The notes under the pieces: model-generated
The model's database searches: none
The model's input: the letters and a program-made list of their open reading frames with translations, nothing else
Told to the model about the DNA's origin: nothing
Assembly (NCBI RefSeq): GCF_000025505.1
Contig: NC_013849.1
Span: forward strand, 630,001-662,000
Direction: 5' to 3'
Source: Ferroglobus placidus DSM 10642
GTDB taxonomy: Archaea > Halobacteriota > Archaeoglobi > Archaeoglobales > Archaeoglobaceae
DNA length: 32,000 nucleotides
Program-made: the position numbers and the translations under genes
Shown here: positions 1 to 6,968 of the stretch, piece by piece
Layout: each line of letters opens with the position of its first letter
Numbering within the stretch: the stretch's first letter is position 1

Positions 1-2
1 GG

Positions 3-173
3 CTCGATAGCATTTTAAAATCCATTGAAAGCGGCGTTCCAGTAGAAAAAATACCTGAAGTGGCTGGCGTGACGAAAGAAGAAGTAGAGAGGGTTTTGAA
101 GCTAATAGAAAGGAGCAGGCACAAAAGAGAGATGCCCCCCATCGCACCGGTTAGAGCTTTAATCGACTCTTAG
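3..173 (+). CDS. nadE: NH3-dependent NAD+ synthetase, C-terminal fragment (5' end outside window)
   Basis: Frame 3 is open from the window edge to TAG 171-173 and reads LDSILKSIESGVPVEKIPEVAGVTKEEVERVLKLIERSRHKREMPPIAPVRALIDS*. The ...V.RV..LI.RS.HKR..PP ending is the NadE C-terminus as I recall it. The ORF is too short and partial to appear in the supplied track. It overlaps the pgiA 3' end by 15 nt (convergent). Confidence 0.5.
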   Translation, partial: LDSILKSIESGVPVEKIPEVAGVTKEEVERVLKLIERSRHKREMPPIAPVRALIDS

Positions 174-869
174 TGTTTTTTCAAGCTTTTCAGCGTATTT
201 TTCTGGATTGTTCAGAAATTCGAGCTTTTTCAGATCGTCCACGAGGGAGTACATTTCTTCGTCCTTCGATAGTCCGAGAATGCCCTCGAAGTCACACTTT
301 GCGATCTCGAGCTCCGGAATTTTTCCGTATTTTTCGTTTTTCAACCATCCCTCCACTGTGTAGTAGTAGCAAGCACCCCTTCTTTCCGTGTAAGGCTCGT
401 AAATTGACTTGAAGTTTCTGCTTACCCAGTTAGCCATTTTTAACGGCTTATCTTCTGGATTTATCGTCACATGCCCGTAATCTGGAGGGATAATAACTTT
501 ATCTCCTTTTTCAGCAAAAACAGCCACAACCCTGCTAACCTCTATGTCCTTCTGGAGCAGATATATCGCTCTTCCTTCGAGAACTTCGTAAACTTCTGGA
601 TAGCTAACGGAATTCGCTTTCGGATGGTAATGTCCGTAGGTTTTTATGAACTCCTTCCCGATCTTAGCTGGAGGTATGTACGTGAGATCGTATCTCAACC
701 CGTGCTCAGCTATAGCTTCCTTGTCTTCCTTCCTTTTGTAAACGTCTCTGAACATGTAGTATGCCGGGAAATTCTTCTCTACAGCTTCAGGATATGCAAG
801 CACCGGCTTTAAATCCTCTACCCACCTTATTTCCGCTTCGAAAACCAAGTCGCCGATTTTTATCTTCAT
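159..869 (-). CDS. pgiA: cupin-type glucose-6-phosphate isomerase (archaeal cPGI)
   Basis: 236-aa ORF with ATG at 869. It has the cupin metal-site pattern TYGHYHPK...PEVYEVLEG, and its size fits the small euryarchaeal cupin PGIs. Confidence 0.85.
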   Translation of the reverse strand: MKIKIGDLVFEAEIRWVEDLKPVLAYPEAVEKNFPAYYMFRDVYKRKEDKEAIAEHGLRYDLTYIPPAKIGKEFIKTYGHYHPKANSVSYPEVYEVLEGRAIYLLQKDIEVSRVVAVFAEKGDKVIIPPDYGHVTINPEDKPLKMANWVSRNFKSIYEPYTERRGACYYYTVEGWLKNEKYGKIPELEIAKCDFEGILGLSKDEEMYSLVDDLKKLEFLNNPEKYAEKLEKTLRVD

Positions 870-972
870 GCTTCTATTTGCTCTTCGAAGTTGGAGTTAA
901 ATTTTTCTATTTGGTATTACAAAATAAATTTTTGTTATTATTAAGTAATATTAATCTACGATTTTTCAATAA

Positions 973-980
973 CAGTTTTG
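973..980. repeat. left copy of 8-bp target-site duplication cagttttg
   Basis: The same 8-mer occurs at 1739-1746, and both copies directly abut the IS terminal inverted repeats. Confidence 0.6.
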
Positions 981-1004
981 GGTAATGCCTCAGTAATGTT
1001 TATA
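981..1004. repeat. IS left terminal inverted repeat
   Basis: GGTAATGCCTCAGTAATGTTTATA compared with the reverse complement of 1715-1738, GGTAGTGTCACTATAATGTTGATA. By my hand count, 18 of 24 positions are identical. Confidence 0.65.
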
Positions 1005-1028
1005 TTCAATTAGTTGGATAAATCGGTG

Positions 1029-1313
1029 ATGATGTGTCCGCATTGCAAATCGATAAAAACTGTGAAAATGGGCTGTTATTACACGAAATCTGGTGAGAGG
1101 AGGCAGAGATACAAATGCAAGAGCTGCGGGAGAACTTTCGTTTTGAATCCGATAAAGCCGAGGAATTATCCCGAGGAATTTAAGGAGATGGTAGTTAGAG
1201 CTGTTGTGAAGGAGGGTGTAGGGATAAGACAAGCGAGCAGAATTTTCAAGCTTTCTCCTAACACTGTGACAGCTTGGGTAAGAGAATTTTCTAAAAAAAG
1301 ACCTGAGAAATGA
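1029..1313 (+). CDS. IS1 InsA-like protein (zinc ribbon + HTH)
   Basis: It reads MMCPHCKS...YKCKSCGRTF, then the HTH-like GIRQASRIFKLSPNTVTAWV. The track starts it at TTG 1014, but ATG 1029/1032 is more plausible. It stops at TGA 1311-1313. Confidence 0.75.
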   Translation: MMCPHCKSIKTVKMGCYYTKSGERRQRYKCKSCGRTFVLNPIKPRNYPEEFKEMVVRAVVKEGVGIRQASRIFKLSPNTVTAWVREFSKKRPEK

Positions 1314-1728
1314 GATTAGATCGGAAAAGCCTGTTATCGAGTTAGATGAAGCTTGGAGTTTTGTTAAGAAAAAGGAAAACGAAATCTGGATTTGGATTGC
1401 TTTAGAGAGAAATTCCCGAAAAATAATAAGTTATGCAATAGGAGATCGTTCTGTGGATACTTTCAAGAAATTGTGGGACGGAATTGGCGATGAAATAAAG
1501 CGGAAAGCAATTTTCTACACGGATCGCTGGGACGCTTATAATTTGATTCCTTACAGGCAGAGAATCGTAAGAAGAGGAGGAACGAACCACGTTGAAAGGT
1601 TATTCTTAACTCTGAGAAATGATAATCCGAGATTCGCAAGAAAATCAATCAGATTCTCAAAATCCTCGGAAATGCTCGAAAATTCTTTTAAATTGTGGAT
1701 TCATTACTATAATTTATCAACATTATAG
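1282..1728 (+). CDS. IS1 InsB-like DDE transposase catalytic part (no start codon of its own; needs frame change from InsA frame)
   Basis: The frame is open from 1282 and reads ...PVIELDEAWSFVKKKENEIWIWIALERNSRKIISYAIGDRS...FYTDRWDAY...GTNHVERLFLTLRN, which is the D, D, E pattern of IS1 transposases. The track only reports it from GTG 1453. The frame is +1 relative to InsA. Confidence 0.75.
   Translation, partial: ENFLKKDLRNEIRSEKPVIELDEAWSFVKKKENEIWIWIALERNSRKIISYAIGDRSVDTFKKLWDGIGDEIKRKAIFYTDRWDAYNLIPYRQRIVRRGGTNHVERLFLTLRNDNPRFARKSIRFSKSSEMLENSFKLWIHYYNLSTL
1293..1299 (+). other. A7 homopolymer in the InsA/InsB overlap (candidate slippage or indel site)
   Basis: ctAAAAAAAgac lies within the 1282-1313 overlap of the two transposase frames. 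IS1 classically shifts frame on an A-run. Confidence 0.45.
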
Positions 1729-1738
1729 TGACACTACC
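1715..1738. repeat. IS right terminal inverted repeat
   Basis: This is the partner of 981-1004; see that entry. Confidence 0.65.
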
Positions 1739-1765
1739 CAGTTTTGATTACAAATTAACAAAAAG

Positions 1766-1785
1766 CGAAAGCTTAAATTATTAAT
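1766..1785 (+). promoter_or_regulatory. candidate BRE/TATA for the fwd-like genes
   Basis: cgaaa gcttaaattattaat is centred about 24 nt upstream of ATG 1803, which implies a leaderless or near-leaderless mRNA. This rests on pattern only. Confidence 0.3.
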
Positions 1786-1802
1786 CTGGCGAGTTCCACT
1801 TA

Positions 1803-2273
1803 ATGGCTATAACTCCGATGGAAATTTACAAGCTGCTTCCCAAAACAAACTGCAAGAAGTGTGGAGAGCCCACCTGCATGAGTTTTGCCTTCAAAGTCAT
1901 TAACAGAGAAAAGCAAATAGAAGATTGCAAACCGCTTTTCGAGGAAGATAAGTACGCTAAGCAGAGAGAACAACTTTTGAAACTCCTCGAACCTCTAAAA
2001 GAAGCTACTGAAACTGGGTTAATAGTTGACGAAAGTAAGTGCACTGGCTGCGGGAACTGCATAGTCGTTTGTCCTGTGCATGCTGCGGAAGACCCTTACG
2101 GAGCGGGAAGCGGGTTGGGCATTAAAATGGAGAACCCTATTCTTAGAGTCGAAGATGGAAAAGTGAAGGTAATCAACTTAACGATTTGCAGAAGGTACGG
2201 GAAGAACAGAGTTCTCTGCGTGGCTTGCAGAGAAAATTGCCCGACAGATGCGATAAGCTTCCTGGAGGGATGA
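1803..2273 (+). CDS. hybrid Fe-S protein: CdhE/RnfB-type N-terminal Fe-S domain + 2x[4Fe-4S] ferredoxin (FwdG-like role)
   Basis: The N-terminus EIYKLLPKTNCKKCGEPTCMSFAFKV...DCKP (C-x2-C-x4-C-x16-C) parallels the CdhE N-terminus in this window. It is followed by CTGCGNCIVVCP and C-x10-CVACRENCP ferredoxin motifs. Its TGA overlaps the next gene's ATG 2270. Confidence 0.8.
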   Translation: MAITPMEIYKLLPKTNCKKCGEPTCMSFAFKVINREKQIEDCKPLFEEDKYAKQREQLLKLLEPLKEATETGLIVDESKCTGCGNCIVVCPVHAAEDPYGAGSGLGIKMENPILRVEDGKVKVINLTICRRYGKNRVLCVACRENCPTDAISFLEG

Positions 2274-2275
2274 GC

Positions 2276-3478
2276 ATGGTAACTTGTACTGGGTGTGCTT
2301 TACTTTGTGAGGACGTTGAGATCAGGGACGGAAGGATTCTCCACGCATGTAGAAGGGGATCGACTCTCCTCGCTCATCACAACGAAGCCAGAGCGAAACC
2401 TAAAGTGGACGGAAGAGAAGTTAGCTTCGAAGAGGCTATGAAAGAAGCGAAAAAAATTGTGAGCGAAGCGGAAAATCTTGCCATTTACGGACTTGACACG
2501 ACGACCCTCGAAGCTCAGAAGATTGCTGTGGAAATTGCCGAAAAAAAGGAAGCTTACATAGACGACAACTCCACATTCTGTCTCGGGGATTTTGTAGAAT
2601 TAATTTTGAGAGGTAGACTTCCAACAACGACCCTCGATGAAGTGAGGGATTACGCCTACGTGATTTTTTACTGGGGCACCGATCCTTTCCACAGCCTTTC
2701 GAGGCACATGTCTAAATTTACCTACTATCCGAGAGGTAAGAAGAGGCAGCGCGGGTACGAAGAGGACAGATTTCTTGTCGTGGCGGATGTGAGAAAAACG
2801 CACACAGCGAAGCTGGCTAAGAAAAATGCGAAGTTTATCAGGGTTAACGACGATCTTGAGCTCGTTCAGGCTTTTATAGATGCGGCTGAGGGTAAAGCGC
2901 CGAAGGCTTATCAGAAGGACGTTCCGCGAATCGTTAAGGAAATGGAAAAATCGGACTTCAACGTTATAATCGGTGGACTTGGATTGAGGTACGGGTTGAA
3001 AGGAAATTACGAAAAATTCGTCGAAATGATGGAGAAGCTGAACGAAAGAACGAAAGTCTACTTCGTCCCAGCCGGATGCCACCCGAACATGCGTGGCTTT
3101 AACGAAACCCTTTTCGAAAAAGTTGGAGAGGTCAACAAGTACAGCTTCAGAGAGAGGAGATCTTCGAAAGATTTCGCATTTTACGAGTTGCTCGAAAAGG
3201 AGAAGATAGATGCGGCAGTAGTTATCGGCACGGATCCAGTAGCTTCTCTACCTTTCGAATACTCGAAAAAGCTCGCTAAGATCAAAACGATCGTTATCGA
3301 TCCGAGGGAAAACTTTACCGGAAAAATTGCGAGTGTAGTCATTCCCTCGGCTATCTCCGGAATAGAGACTGGAGGAAAGATGAAGCGGATAGACGGGGTG
3401 GAGGTTGAGCTCGAACCGCTGGAGCAGAGGGAAATCAACGACGTCACGATTTTGAGCGAGCTTCTGGAGGTGGTTTGA
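2276..3478 (+). CDS. fwdB: formylmethanofuran dehydrogenase subunit B-like molybdo/tungstopterin oxidoreductase
   Basis: It begins MVTCTGCALLCEDVEI...HACRRG (N-terminal 4Fe-4S motif). The segment IDDNSTFCLGD...YWGTDPFHSLSRHMSK lines up with FwdB/FmdB sequences as I recall them. GGAGG at 2264-2268 lies 7 nt before ATG 2276. An alternative ATG at 2270 (ATGA overlap) is possible. The track's 2186 start is an artefact of an open upstream frame. Confidence 0.85.
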   Translation: MVTCTGCALLCEDVEIRDGRILHACRRGSTLLAHHNEARAKPKVDGREVSFEEAMKEAKKIVSEAENLAIYGLDTTTLEAQKIAVEIAEKKEAYIDDNSTFCLGDFVELILRGRLPTTTLDEVRDYAYVIFYWGTDPFHSLSRHMSKFTYYPRGKKRQRGYEEDRFLVVADVRKTHTAKLAKKNAKFIRVNDDLELVQAFIDAAEGKAPKAYQKDVPRIVKEMEKSDFNVIIGGLGLRYGLKGNYEKFVEMMEKLNERTKVYFVPAGCHPNMRGFNETLFEKVGEVNKYSFRERRSSKDFAFYELLEKEKIDAAVVIGTDPVASLPFEYSKKLAKIKTIVIDPRENFTGKIASVVIPSAISGIETGGKMKRIDGVEVELEPLEQREINDVTILSELLEVV

Positions 3479-3873
3479 TGCCGCTTCAGTTTGCCAAGTA
3501 TCTCAAAAAGCTGGAAGTCGAAGTCGTTGTCGCGAGAGTTAGCTTTCAGAGTGAGGGTGTAGATAAAGGTAAGTTCAGCGAGGACTACGTGAAGAATTCT
3601 GCCGTAATTTACGTCGATGAAGAATTCGCAAAGAAAAACGGACTTAAAGAGGGAAGCATCGTTAAAATAACTGCAAACGGAAAATCGGTAAAGCTCAAAC
3701 TTCTTTACACCGATGCAGCCCCAGAAAATGGAGCCGTCATTCCTAACAGCATATATGCCTCCTACCTTACGGATTTTGAAAATTTCAAAAAGTTTAAAGC
3801 CACAGTGGAGTTAGCAGACGGAGAGGTTACAAAACCCGATGAAATAATAACAATAATAAAAGAAAGGGGATAG
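3478..3873 (+). CDS. fwdD: formylmethanofuran dehydrogenase subunit D (molybdopterin dinucleotide-binding beta-barrel)
   Basis: 131 aa. The segment VIYVDEEFAKKNGLKEGSIVKITANGKSVKLKL...GAVIPNS is typical of FwdD / molydop_binding domains. ATG 3478 overlaps the fwdB TGA (TGATG), and GGAGG lies 7 nt upstream. Confidence 0.85.
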   Translation: MPLQFAKYLKKLEVEVVVARVSFQSEGVDKGKFSEDYVKNSAVIYVDEEFAKKNGLKEGSIVKITANGKSVKLKLLYTDAAPENGAVIPNSIYASYLTDFENFKKFKATVELADGEVTKPDEIITIIKERG

Positions 3874-3932
3874 AATTATGACTTATAAGTTAAAGTTCGT
3901 TAACCGAGAATTTCGAATAAAAGGGAAAAACG

Positions 3933-3947
3933 TATATAGTTTTAAAA
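3933..3947 (+). promoter_or_regulatory. candidate TATA box for the cdh operon
   Basis: tatatagttttaaaa sits in the 105-bp fwdD-cdhA spacer, about 35-45 nt upstream of ATG 3979. The Shine-Dalgarno GGTGGAGGTG (3965-3973) lies between them. Confidence 0.3.
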
Positions 3948-3978
3948 CAAAAGTTAGTTGTGGGGTGGAGGTGTTCGT

Positions 3979-6393
3979 ATGGCGTTTGAGTTGAGAGAAG
4001 GTATTTTTGCGATAGACGAAATGAGGAATGTAAGCATAAGAATAGGTAAGGTAATCGAAGAAGCTGAAGAATGGGCGGAAGAGATGGGACCGACTCCGAA
4101 ACCGGGCATCATCGAGTTGAGAAAGTGGGACATGAAGTTGCTCGAAAGGTACGAACCTTTCTACGCTCCTGTCCAAGACTTCTGCAACCTTTGTACGATG
4201 GGTCCTTGCGATCTGTCCCAGAACAAAAAGGGTGCTTGTGGGATCGATTTAAAGACTGCTAAAGCGAGATTGGTTACAATCGCTTGCTGTATCGGAGCTG
4301 CCTCCCACGGCGGACATGCGAGGCACCTGCTTGATCATCTTATCGAAGAGCTTGGGGAAGATTATCCGATTGACCTCGGAGGAAATGTAAACGTGGAAGC
4401 TCCAATAATAAGAACGGTCGTTGGAATAAGACCAAGGACTCTCGGGGATTTGAAGGAAGCGATGGAGTGGGCTGAGAAGGAGTTGATGAGGGTTTTGCAT
4501 GCGACGCACATAGGAAACGAGGAGAGTTACCTTGACTACGAGAGTAAAGCGATGCACATAAGTATGGTTGACCATGTGTTGATGGAAATAGCAGATATAG
4601 CTCAGATCGTAGCTTACAACATGCCAAAGGCTGAACCGAACGTCCCATTGACGGACACGGGATTCGGTATAGTTGACAAGAACAAGCCCGTGATAGTGGT
4701 CGTTGGTCACAACGTTCTGTATTCAAAACCGATTCTCGATTACCTTGAGGAGATGGGCAGACTTGACGATTTCGAAATAGCCGGGCTTTGCTGCGCAGTC
4801 CACGACATGACGAGAGTTAGCGGGGGAAGAGCTAAAATCTTCGGTCCGATAAGCTATCAGTTGAGAGTTATAAGGTCTGGAATTCCGGATGTAATGATTA
4901 GCGACGAACAGTGCATTAGAGCGGACTTGCTGCAGGCTTGTAAAGCAATGGGCATTCCGCTTATAGCTACAAGCGACGCAGCAGCAAGAGGTTTGCCAGA
5001 TGCAAGCGACTGGCCGGTTGAAAAGATCGTAAATGCACTCGTTACCGGAGAATTGCCTGGAGTGTTCTTGCCAGTGCCAGAGAAGGTGGGACAGGTGGCT
5101 CCGCTCGTTGCCGAAGCAATCTTCAAGAAGCACGGAGGAAACAGAAAGTATAGATTCTTTGCAAATGACGAGGAATTGTGGAACGAGATAAACAAGTGTA
5201 CGCAGTGCATGAACTGCGTCTTTACATGTCCGCACAATTTGAGGATCGACCAAGGAATGGCTCACGCTCAGAAAACGAAGGACTTGAGCAAGCTCGCCAA
5301 GCTTGAGGAGCAGTGCATCGCCTGTGGCAAATGTGAACAGGCGTGCCCGAAGAACATAAAGATAATCAACGTAATAATGGCGAGCAACTTCGACAGACTC
5401 TACAACAAGAAGGGCAAGATGAGGGTTGGAAGAGGTCCGATACAAGATACTGAGATTAGAAATGTCGGTCAACCGATAGTCATGGGACAAATTCCGGGAG
5501 TTATCGCAGCAGTCGGTTGCGCTAACTATCCAGACGAAGCGAAGTCTCTGAGGGAGATCCTTGAGGAGTTCGTGAAGAGGAGGTACATCGTCGTCACCTC
5601 CGGTTGCCATGCCATAACTCTCGGAATGATAACGGATGAGGAAGGACAGACGCTTTACGAGAAAACTCCGGGAGATTTTGACGCTGGCGGACTCGCTAAC
5701 GTTGGTAGCTGTGTTGCAAACAGCCACATAGCTGGAGCTGCAATAAAGATTGCCAACATATTTGCAATGAGACCACTAAGAGGAAATTATGCTGAAATTG
5801 CTGATTATGTGCTCAACAGGGTTGGTGCTGTGGGCTTTAGCTGGGGACCGTACAGCCCTAAAGCTGCAGCAATTGCCACTGGCTTTAACAGGCTTGGTGT
5901 TCCAGTAGTTGTCGGACCGCACGGGGCTAAGTATAGGAGAGCATACCTTGGAAAGTACTTCAAGAAAGAAAAGTGGTGGGTCTACGACATAAAGACGAGG
6001 AGCAAAGTTCCGATAGAGCCGGCTCCAGATGCTTTGCTTGTGGCTGTCGAAACAAAGGAAGAAGCTATAGTGCAGCTCGCGAGACTCTGCATAAGACCAA
6101 ACGACACGAGCTTGGGAAGGCAGATCAAATTGACGCATTACTTGGAGCTGAGCCAGAAGTACCTCGGAAAGCTTCCCGACGACTGGCACCTGTTTGTGAG
6201 AAGCGAAGCTGACTTGCCGCTGAAGATGAAGGATGAGCTACTTCACATCCTCGAAAGCGAGTACGGCTGGAAGATAGACTGGGACAAGAAGAAGATCCTG
6301 GAGGGACCGATAAGAAGGTACGACGCTGGCTTCAATCCGACTATAGTTGAGGAGGTTTACGAGAAATATGCTGGAGAGAAACCCCCACAATAA
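3979..6393 (+). CDS. cdhA: acetyl-CoA decarbonylase/synthase complex subunit alpha (CO dehydrogenase)
   Basis: About 804 aa starting from ATG 3979 (strong SD upstream; the track's TTG 3958 was rejected). It has N-terminal Cys motifs CNLCTMGPCDL...GACGID. It also has the archaeal-type inserted 2x[4Fe-4S] domain, CTQCMNCVFTCPH and CIACGKCEQACPK. Confidence 0.95.
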   Translation: MAFELREGIFAIDEMRNVSIRIGKVIEEAEEWAEEMGPTPKPGIIELRKWDMKLLERYEPFYAPVQDFCNLCTMGPCDLSQNKKGACGIDLKTAKARLVTIACCIGAASHGGHARHLLDHLIEELGEDYPIDLGGNVNVEAPIIRTVVGIRPRTLGDLKEAMEWAEKELMRVLHATHIGNEESYLDYESKAMHISMVDHVLMEIADIAQIVAYNMPKAEPNVPLTDTGFGIVDKNKPVIVVVGHNVLYSKPILDYLEEMGRLDDFEIAGLCCAVHDMTRVSGGRAKIFGPISYQLRVIRSGIPDVMISDEQCIRADLLQACKAMGIPLIATSDAAARGLPDASDWPVEKIVNALVTGELPGVFLPVPEKVGQVAPLVAEAIFKKHGGNRKYRFFANDEELWNEINKCTQCMNCVFTCPHNLRIDQGMAHAQKTKDLSKLAKLEEQCIACGKCEQACPKNIKIINVIMASNFDRLYNKKGKMRVGRGPIQDTEIRNVGQPIVMGQIPGVIAAVGCANYPDEAKSLREILEEFVKRRYIVVTSGCHAITLGMITDEEGQTLYEKTPGDFDAGGLANVGSCVANSHIAGAAIKIANIFAMRPLRGNYAEIADYVLNRVGAVGFSWGPYSPKAAAIATGFNRLGVPVVVGPHGAKYRRAYLGKYFKKEKWWVYDIKTRSKVPIEPAPDALLVAVETKEEAIVQLARLCIRPNDTSLGRQIKLTHYLELSQKYLGKLPDDWHLFVRSEADLPLKMKDELLHILESEYGWKIDWDKKKILEGPIRRYDAGFNPTIVEEVYEKYAGEKPPQ

Positions 6394-6412
6394 ATTTTTT
6401 GAGGTGATGTAG

Positions 6413-6958
6413 ATGGCTGTGAAAAAGGAGGATAAGTATCCGGTTGCGAGAAGGTATCAGATTGCAGACGTTCAAGTTAGCAGGGAAGCTACTGCTGTAA
6501 AGCCTCAGGTTGTGGTAAATTTGATAAAGAAAGCTAAGCATCCGGTTTTAATTACTGGCGGGCAGCTTCTTAAGGACGAAAAGCTCGTGGAAATAGCGGT
6601 CAAATTCTACGAGAAGGGAATTCCGATAATTGCCACTGGCGGATCGAGCAAACCACTCATTGAGAAGGGCGTGAATCCGCAATCGGTAGTGTTCACCCTC
6701 CACCAAGTAACTCAGTTCTTGCTCGACGAAGAGTGGAAAGGCTTCGACGGAAAAGGAAACTACGACTTGGTCCTCTTCATGGGCTTTTTGCCTTACTACC
6801 TATCGAGAATGCTTTCAGCCCTGAAGCACTTCTCGAAGATTACCACCGTAGCTTTGGAGGAGTTTTATCAGCCTCACGCGAAATTTAGCTTCACGAATTT
6901 GACTGCCAATAAGGATATGTACTATTCCATGTTGGAGGAGATTGTAAACAACCTGTGA
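6413..6958 (+). CDS. cdhB: acetyl-CoA decarbonylase/synthase complex subunit epsilon
   Basis: 181-aa ORF directly after cdhA with SD GAGGTGA. Size and position match CdhB, and it contains HPVLITGGQ...PIIATGGS segments. Confidence 0.88.
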   Translation: MAVKKEDKYPVARRYQIADVQVSREATAVKPQVVVNLIKKAKHPVLITGGQLLKDEKLVEIAVKFYEKGIPIIATGGSSKPLIEKGVNPQSVVFTLHQVTQFLLDEEWKGFDGKGNYDLVLFMGFLPYYLSRMLSALKHFSKITTVALEEFYQPHAKFSFTNLTANKDMYYSMLEEIVNNL

Positions 6959-6968
6959 GGTGGTGTAA

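Larger units (their letters stand above)
981..1738 (+). mobile_element. IS1-family insertion sequence (758 bp)
   Basis: It has terminal inverted repeats starting GGTAATG / GGTAGTG, as in IS1. It encodes an InsA-like Zn-ribbon/HTH ORF followed by an InsB-like DDE ORF. Size and the 8-bp flanking direct repeat fit IS1. Confidence 0.85.

Noticed and set aside
870-972. Very AT-rich stretch upstream of pgiA, examined for a small RNA or repeat structure
   Set aside because: It contains only simple A/T runs consistent with a promoter region. It has no stem-loops or conserved boxes.
2186-2275. Track start of the FwdB ORF at 2186, giving a 30-aa N-terminal extension overlapping the ferredoxin gene
   Set aside because: The extension is just an open frame upstream. 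The conserved FwdB N-terminus (MVTCTGCALLC) starts at ATG 2276 with GGAGG 7 nt upstream.
2579-2581. Possible selenocysteine recoding in FwdB
   Set aside because: The predicted ligand codon is TGT (Cys), and there is no in-frame TGA in the gene.
3958-3978. TTG start for cdhA at 3958
   Set aside because: These codons are the Shine-Dalgarno sequence (GGTGGAGGTG) for ATG 3979.
4723-5727. 334-aa ORF on the minus strand inside cdhA
   Set aside because: It is entirely antisense to a very well supported gene (CdhA motifs are continuous across it). The translated sequence is low-information, with no motifs, no SD and no sensible start context. It is a typical shadow ORF.
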